Shown here: positions 59,256 to 64,000 of the stretch, in pieces
How the letters are laid out: every line of letters starts with the position of its first letter
Numbering within the stretch: position 1 is the first letter of the stretch
Assembly: GCA_965263355.1 (NCBI GenBank)
Contig: CBDHHL010000032.1
Coordinates: 32,001 to 96,000, forward strand
From: Leptolyngbyaceae cyanobacterium
GTDB taxonomy: Bacteria > Cyanobacteriota > Cyanobacteriia > Phormidesmidales > Phormidesmidaceae
DNA: 64,000 nt
Direction of reading: 5' to 3'
Made by a program: the position numbers and the translations under genes
Notes under the pieces: generated by a model
The model's input: only the letters and a program-made list of their open reading frames with translations
What the model was told of the DNA's origin: nothing
Database searches by the model: none

Positions 59256-61943
59256 CTATAGCCAATTACCGATCAGCACAAACGGTGCCCAAAAGTAGGG
59301 ATGTTTTTGATATTGGTCATTTTCTATCAGCGCGACCTGGGCTTTTTGTAAAATCTCAGCTTTTGTCAGCGTACTATCAGCCAGTTGTTGGTAGAAATTG
59401 GTCATTAGGTCAGAGGTGCCCTGATCATCTACTTTCCACAGGGTGGCTAGGGTACTGCGAGCCCCCGAACGTACTGCAATCCCTGCTAACCCCAGGGCTG
59501 CTTGCTGGTCATCCCCTGAGGCTGTTTCACAGGCGCTAAGTACAAGTAATTCTAAGGCGGCATCGCGACTAATTTCACCTGCCTGTAGCATGGAACTGAG
59601 CTGATTAGCGTTAATCCTACCGTCAAAGGCCTGGATAAATGTTTTGTCTAAGTCGGAGCTAAACTCTCCATGGGTCGCTAAGTGAACAACCGGAAACGGT
59701 AAAGACGTTAGCTTATCTTGGAAAATGTCAATCTTAAACGCTTCATTTTCTAAAACCTCACTTGGGACCTGTGCCTCAATGGCATCAACTTCTACTTCTA
59801 CAGCTGGTAATTCGGGTAGCCCGCCTACTGACTCTGATAATCCGGCAACCAGTGCCTTTATTTGGCCTCTAGCTAGGGGTTGTGGGTCAATGAGTTCTAA
59901 CCCTGGGGTGAGTGCGATCGCATATTGCTCAATCAAATACTGCGATTGTTCCCGGTCGTAGAGGACTGACATCGGCACATTTCGTAAGGCCCCATCGAGG
60001 ACAAAGGCCAACACTTTTGTATCACCAATCGCTGGATCTTCGGTAATCGGGCGAATTAGCCAATCATAAAGCTGAGCAGCGGGGGCAATAAAATTAGCAT
60101 TTAAGTCAAGGGATGTATCGTCGGGTACTACCGCAACTGTGGCACGAGCAGCAGACCTGGCAGACGATACCCATTCGTCAATCTTATCAGTGGCCTCATT
60201 GAAGGGACGCAAAGAAATGATTCGTTGCAGCCGCTCAAGCTGAGCTTCAAAATCATCTTTGTCTACGTCAACTGTGTAATGCTTAAACGAGTTTTCACGA
60301 GATTCACTTGGAAAACCAACAATTACCTCGATACTGTTGTCCAGAATAATCGGATAAACAATGGCGGCATCGGCATCGATTTTATCAATGTCAGTGGTAC
60401 TCGTAACCACACAATCAGCCCGAAAGAAGTTAACCAGTTCTGCTACCTGCAAGTCTTCAATAACATTTCTGGCCTTAAATAAGTTTTCAGACGATTTTCC
60501 TGCAATACCACTCTCTGATTTCAATAAAAGACCCACCAATTCGCGATAGATAGGCTCGACCTCCCCACGGAATGAGAATTGTAGGTCCGTATTGGTGGAA
60601 ACCAGATCCCGTCTTAATTTTTCTAAGGTGCTCAGAGCTTGTTCGTAAGCATTGATCGCCTCATCTATGTTTCCTTGAGCGGCTAAAATCCGACCTAACT
60701 GCCACTGCCATTGATAAAGTGCAATGGCCGAATTGCTAGTCTCTGCAAGAATCCGTGCTTTTTGAGTGGCTTCTGCCGCTGCGTCCCATTGCTGGTTGAT
60801 TTCATACAAATGGCCCCAGTAGCCCCAAGCATAGGACTGACTCTGGCTATCTCCCTCGGCCTGTTGCAGGGTATCGGCCAAGTATTCTGCCAGCGCTTTG
60901 GCGGACCAGACTGATTTTGCTTCAATCAAATGGTTGGCCAGGTTCAGGCGAATCAGATTAGCCGTACGACCTGACCCCAGTTGGGGCAGTTGACCCTGTA
61001 TCTCTTTGAGCAGGTCTGGGTCTAGCGTAGCTTGACTAAGCTGTACCCCTAGCAAATTAACCTGTGCCTGTAGACGAAGCGACAGGGTGGGTGCAATGTC
61101 TGCGGCTTGTTGATAATAGGCGTTGATGCGACCATATGGAGACCCCTGCAATAGGCTATCGCCAGATTCAGCCAACAAATTCCCCAGGCTCAACAGGGTA
61201 CTACTTAATTCTGTTGTGTTACCACTGGCTTCGGCGAGTTGTCGACTCGCGTCCAAACTCTTTAGGGCATCGTCTATTTTACCATTTAACCGTTGGGTAT
61301 TTGCCAAGCGTCTTAGCCCCGCTGCTTTGATGGCCGGGTCTGACACGGTGTCTAGGGTCTCAGCAATGGTCTCAAGCTGTTGTGAGGCTTCCCGATAACG
61401 GCCCTGTACCTGAAGAATTTGGGCACGGTTGAGCTGTGTCCGCAATAGCCCGGTGGTATCGTCTAAATCTTGATAAATGTTTGCTGTTTGGTCTAACTGG
61501 GTCAGGGCATCGTTGAGTTGTCCCTGGGCCATACTGAGCTGGGCGTCGGCGTTAATTACCTGGGCGAATACTCGCTGACCATAGGAACTGTTGGGACTGT
61601 TGTTTAATTGATTGCGGGCAGTTGCGATCGCATCCTCAACTTCTTCGTAGTTACCCAAACGCAGGTGGGCCAGACCCATATTGCTGAGAATACTGGCTTG
61701 GTTGATGGTATCGCCTTGGGTTTCATAGCGTTGGGCGGCTTGTTGCCAGGTTGCGATCGCAGCGACATATTGCCCCGCTGCATACTGCTCCCGCCCCTGC
61801 TGTACCAACTGAGCAGGTGTTACCTGGGCTAATCGCTGTTCAACCCTGACTGCCTGGGGGAGTTGTGCCAGACTTGGCAGTCCTTGACCACAAAGACAGG
61901 CTGTTAAGCCAGCAATAATTAGAAACCGGAGCCATTTAACCAT
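59256..61943 (-). CDS. Secreted TPR-CHAT (caspase-like) domain protein
   Basis: Signal peptide, TPRs, VHLATHG and LLVLSACET His/Cys dyad, HPYFWAPFVLIGNW. Confidence 0.93.
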   Translation of the reverse strand: MVKWLRFLIIAGLTACLCGQGLPSLAQLPQAVRVEQRLAQVTPAQLVQQGREQYAAGQYVAAIATWQQAAQRYETQGDTINQASILSNMGLAHLRLGNYEEVEDAIATARNQLNNSPNSSYGQRVFAQVINADAQLSMAQGQLNDALTQLDQTANIYQDLDDTTGLLRTQLNRAQILQVQGRYREASQQLETIAETLDTVSDPAIKAAGLRRLANTQRLNGKIDDALKSLDASRQLAEASGNTTELSSTLLSLGNLLAESGDSLLQGSPYGRINAYYQQAADIAPTLSLRLQAQVNLLGVQLSQATLDPDLLKEIQGQLPQLGSGRTANLIRLNLANHLIEAKSVWSAKALAEYLADTLQQAEGDSQSQSYAWGYWGHLYEINQQWDAAAEATQKARILAETSNSAIALYQWQWQLGRILAAQGNIDEAINAYEQALSTLEKLRRDLVSTNTDLQFSFRGEVEPIYRELVGLLLKSESGIAGKSSENLFKARNVIEDLQVAELVNFFRADCVVTSTTDIDKIDADAAIVYPIILDNSIEVIVGFPSESRENSFKHYTVDVDKDDFEAQLERLQRIISLRPFNEATDKIDEWVSSARSAARATVAVVPDDTSLDLNANFIAPAAQLYDWLIRPITEDPAIGDTKVLAFVLDGALRNVPMSVLYDREQSQYLIEQYAIALTPGLELIDPQPLARGQIKALVAGLSESVGGLPELPAVEVEVDAIEAQVPSEVLENEAFKIDIFQDKLTSLPFPVVHLATHGEFSSDLDKTFIQAFDGRINANQLSSMLQAGEISRDAALELLVLSACETASGDDQQAALGLAGIAVRSGARSTLATLWKVDDQGTSDLMTNFYQQLADSTLTKAEILQKAQVALIENDQYQKHPYFWAPFVLIGNWL

Positions 61944-61952
61944 TTTACCGAC

Positions 61953-64000
61953 CTATCTAGAAACAGTAGAAGAAAGATTTGCTTGAGAAGGTACGCCACA
62001 TTGTTGAACCAGGGAGCTGTCAGCAGTTTCTAACCTTGATGAGGCATATAGATAAAGCCGACCATCAGCGTCTCGTCGCCAACCTCTAGGTTCAACAATG
62101 GTCTCGGTAGATACATCAGGCTGAGTCGGGGTAAGTATTTCATCAGTTAAATCATTGATAACATTCTCGGCAACGGGCTGTATCTCTTGAGGGCCTAAGT
62201 CATCTAATAAATGTGTTGCATCTAATGATTGCCTTGGGGTTACTGGTAATCCGCCTCGTCCAACCACTGTGAATTGGCTGGTTTCGCTATCATCCTGTCG
62301 TTGCTGACTGGCCAATAGGTCACACCGTTGATCAATCAGGCTAGTCGGATCGATCAGGTTAGTCGGCAACTCATTTAAACCTTCATCGGTGACTAAGCTA
62401 GAGAAAGAAACAGTCCCCGATGAGCCCTGGGCAGAATCAGCAGAGATATCGACTCGGTTATTGCCGCGAAATTGGGCAAAGCTACCTGGATTGCGACCTA
62501 CAGGAGTTGTCTGACCACTTTCAAAGAGGGTGGCTAAAAAGGCAGGGGAGTTAATGGTAATAATGCCCCCTGGCCCCAGTTCTGCATTGGCCAAAATATC
62601 ACTGTCTTCAATCAACACCAGCGCATCGGCATTGATGGTAATGTTGCCGCCACCGCCAGTACTATCGAAGACGCTCGTACTCAAAAGGCTACCCTGATTA
62701 AAAAATGTAATACCTGCATCAATTTCAACATTGCCGCCCCCAGCAGCATCTGCACTGGCTGAGATTTCTCCTACACTAATGGTCAGACGGTCGTCAGCAA
62801 GAATATCAATTTCACCAGCTGCTCCAGGTCCTTCGGCTCGGCTCAACAAACTAGACCCTTGTTGCAAGGTTACTCGATCGGAGATTACTTGAATATCACC
62901 ACCGGGGCTTTCGTTGAAAGTAATAGTTGCTACTGCTGAAGAACTATCAACAACTAGATTAGGTGTTTCAAAAATAATATTACCTGCTGGTCCTACAGTA
63001 TCTTCTCCAGCAACAGATTGTAGGCTACCTTGTGATATGGTGATAGAATCACGACCCTTGAGAAAAATATCACCACCAGTGCCTTGCCCACCCGGAAAAC
63101 CTCGCCTACTAGGAGCAATAGTAGAGCTAATTGCTGCGCCATTGTCTACAACAATATTTTGGGCATCGACAATAATATCTCCAGCGTTACCAACTCCTCC
63201 TTCTCTTAGGTCTGTTGCAATAGTACTATTGCCTGACAAAATAAAAGACTCATCCAGTTGAATTTCAATATTACCCGAATCTCCTATTCCTAAGACATCT
63301 GTACGAATAGCCGGGAATTTAGCATTCTGAACAAAAAGATTTCGGGCTTCAATGTTAATATCACCTGAGCTTCCGGCAGTTCCTTCTGCCAATCCTGTAT
63401 CAAATCCCGTATTGGCAGGTGCATCAAGGCTGGTTAGAAGGATATCTCCCTCTACGATGACATTAATATCACCGCTATTACCCTGCCCTGCTGGCAGACC
63501 ATCTTCAGCAGCACGGATAAATGTCCCCACAATTGCCCCCTGTGTTATGGTTAGTGAGCCTGCTTTAATCGTAATCTCACCGCCATCCGCATTGGCTCCG
63601 GCTCTAATGGTTGAAAGAATGCCCGTATTGGCACTTCCCGGAATTTCAGAGGCTGGAACATCACCAATAATTTCTAAGGAGTCAGTAACCTCAATATAGA
63701 TGTCTCCGCCTTTCTCCTGGGACGCTGTACTAGTAACAATCTGAGCAACCTCAGTCATACGCAGGTTATTGGCTAGAATATCCACCCGTCCACCTTGGCC
63801 AGTCCCTTGCGTTTCGCTAAGCAGAGCAGAGTCTTTGAGTAGAGCCACTTCACCCTCTGCAATTAGCGCTATACGCCCTGTCTTCCCCGTTAAACTGACA
63901 GTTTGAATTCTGCCTGGGGTTAGACCAGTGGAAAATATCTCTATATTACCTCGGGAATCGATAAAAACATCTCCACCATTACCGATAAAGGGCAAAAAAG
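61953..64000 (-). CDS. Filamentous hemagglutinin/TpsA-like beta-helical exoprotein (5'-partial)
   Basis: Repeated G.GG.I.I.A..L motifs; C-terminal C...SQFTVVGRGGLP..P and IVEPRGW..DADG.L.L. Confidence 0.9.
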   Translation of the reverse strand, partial: FLPFIGNGGDVFIDSRGNIEIFSTGLTPGRIQTVSLTGKTGRIALIAEGEVALLKDSALLSETQGTGQGGRVDILANNLRMTEVAQIVTSTASQEKGGDIYIEVTDSLEIIGDVPASEIPGSANTGILSTIRAGANADGGEITIKAGSLTITQGAIVGTFIRAAEDGLPAGQGNSGDINVIVEGDILLTSLDAPANTGFDTGLAEGTAGSSGDINIEARNLFVQNAKFPAIRTDVLGIGDSGNIEIQLDESFILSGNSTIATDLREGGVGNAGDIIVDAQNIVVDNGAAISSTIAPSRRGFPGGQGTGGDIFLKGRDSITISQGSLQSVAGEDTVGPAGNIIFETPNLVVDSSSAVATITFNESPGGDIQVISDRVTLQQGSSLLSRAEGPGAAGEIDILADDRLTISVGEISASADAAGGGNVEIDAGITFFNQGSLLSTSVFDSTGGGGNITINADALVLIEDSDILANAELGPGGIITINSPAFLATLFESGQTTPVGRNPGSFAQFRGNNRVDISADSAQGSSGTVSFSSLVTDEGLNELPTNLIDPTSLIDQRCDLLASQQRQDDSETSQFTVVGRGGLPVTPRQSLDATHLLDDLGPQEIQPVAENVINDLTDEILTPTQPDVSTETIVEPRGWRRDADGRLYLYASSRLETADSSLVQQCGVPSQANLSSTVSR

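Overview
A 64-kb cyanobacterial chromosome segment (many HIP1 GCGATCGC sites, panC-cmk fusion, XisH/XisI, heptamer and GTAG-type repeats; filamentous Leptolyngbyaceae-like by inference). Housekeeping blocks (tRNA-Ser, ferredoxins, suhB, hisZ, HU, tldD/pmbA, panC-cmk, rlpA, purM, 6S RNA) flank three accessory regions. (1) A roughly 16-kb nitrogen-scavenging island (about 16.9-33.0 kb) holds a cobalt-type nitrile hydratase operon with no amidase in the window, converging on a complete ureABCGDEF cluster whose UreC is altered at the urea-binding loops. (2) Inside that island, a decayed DDE insertion sequence (17-bp TIRs, TTATAC duplication) is interrupted by a minimal 2563-bp element encoding a large serine recombinase. 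Its ends reconstruct to a serine-integrase-type attP with a TC/GA core. In silico excision restores the transposase frame at the target and fuses a start codon at the right end to an open frame at the left end, giving a 125-aa junction gene whose stop overlaps the recombinase start. (3) An ATPase gene sits next to a TPR-STAND-WD40 NLR-like gene with 14 near-identical 123-bp repeats, beside a TpsA-CHAT cluster. All calls come from motif recognition and manual sequence comparison; no database searches were run, and several frameshifts may be assembly errors.
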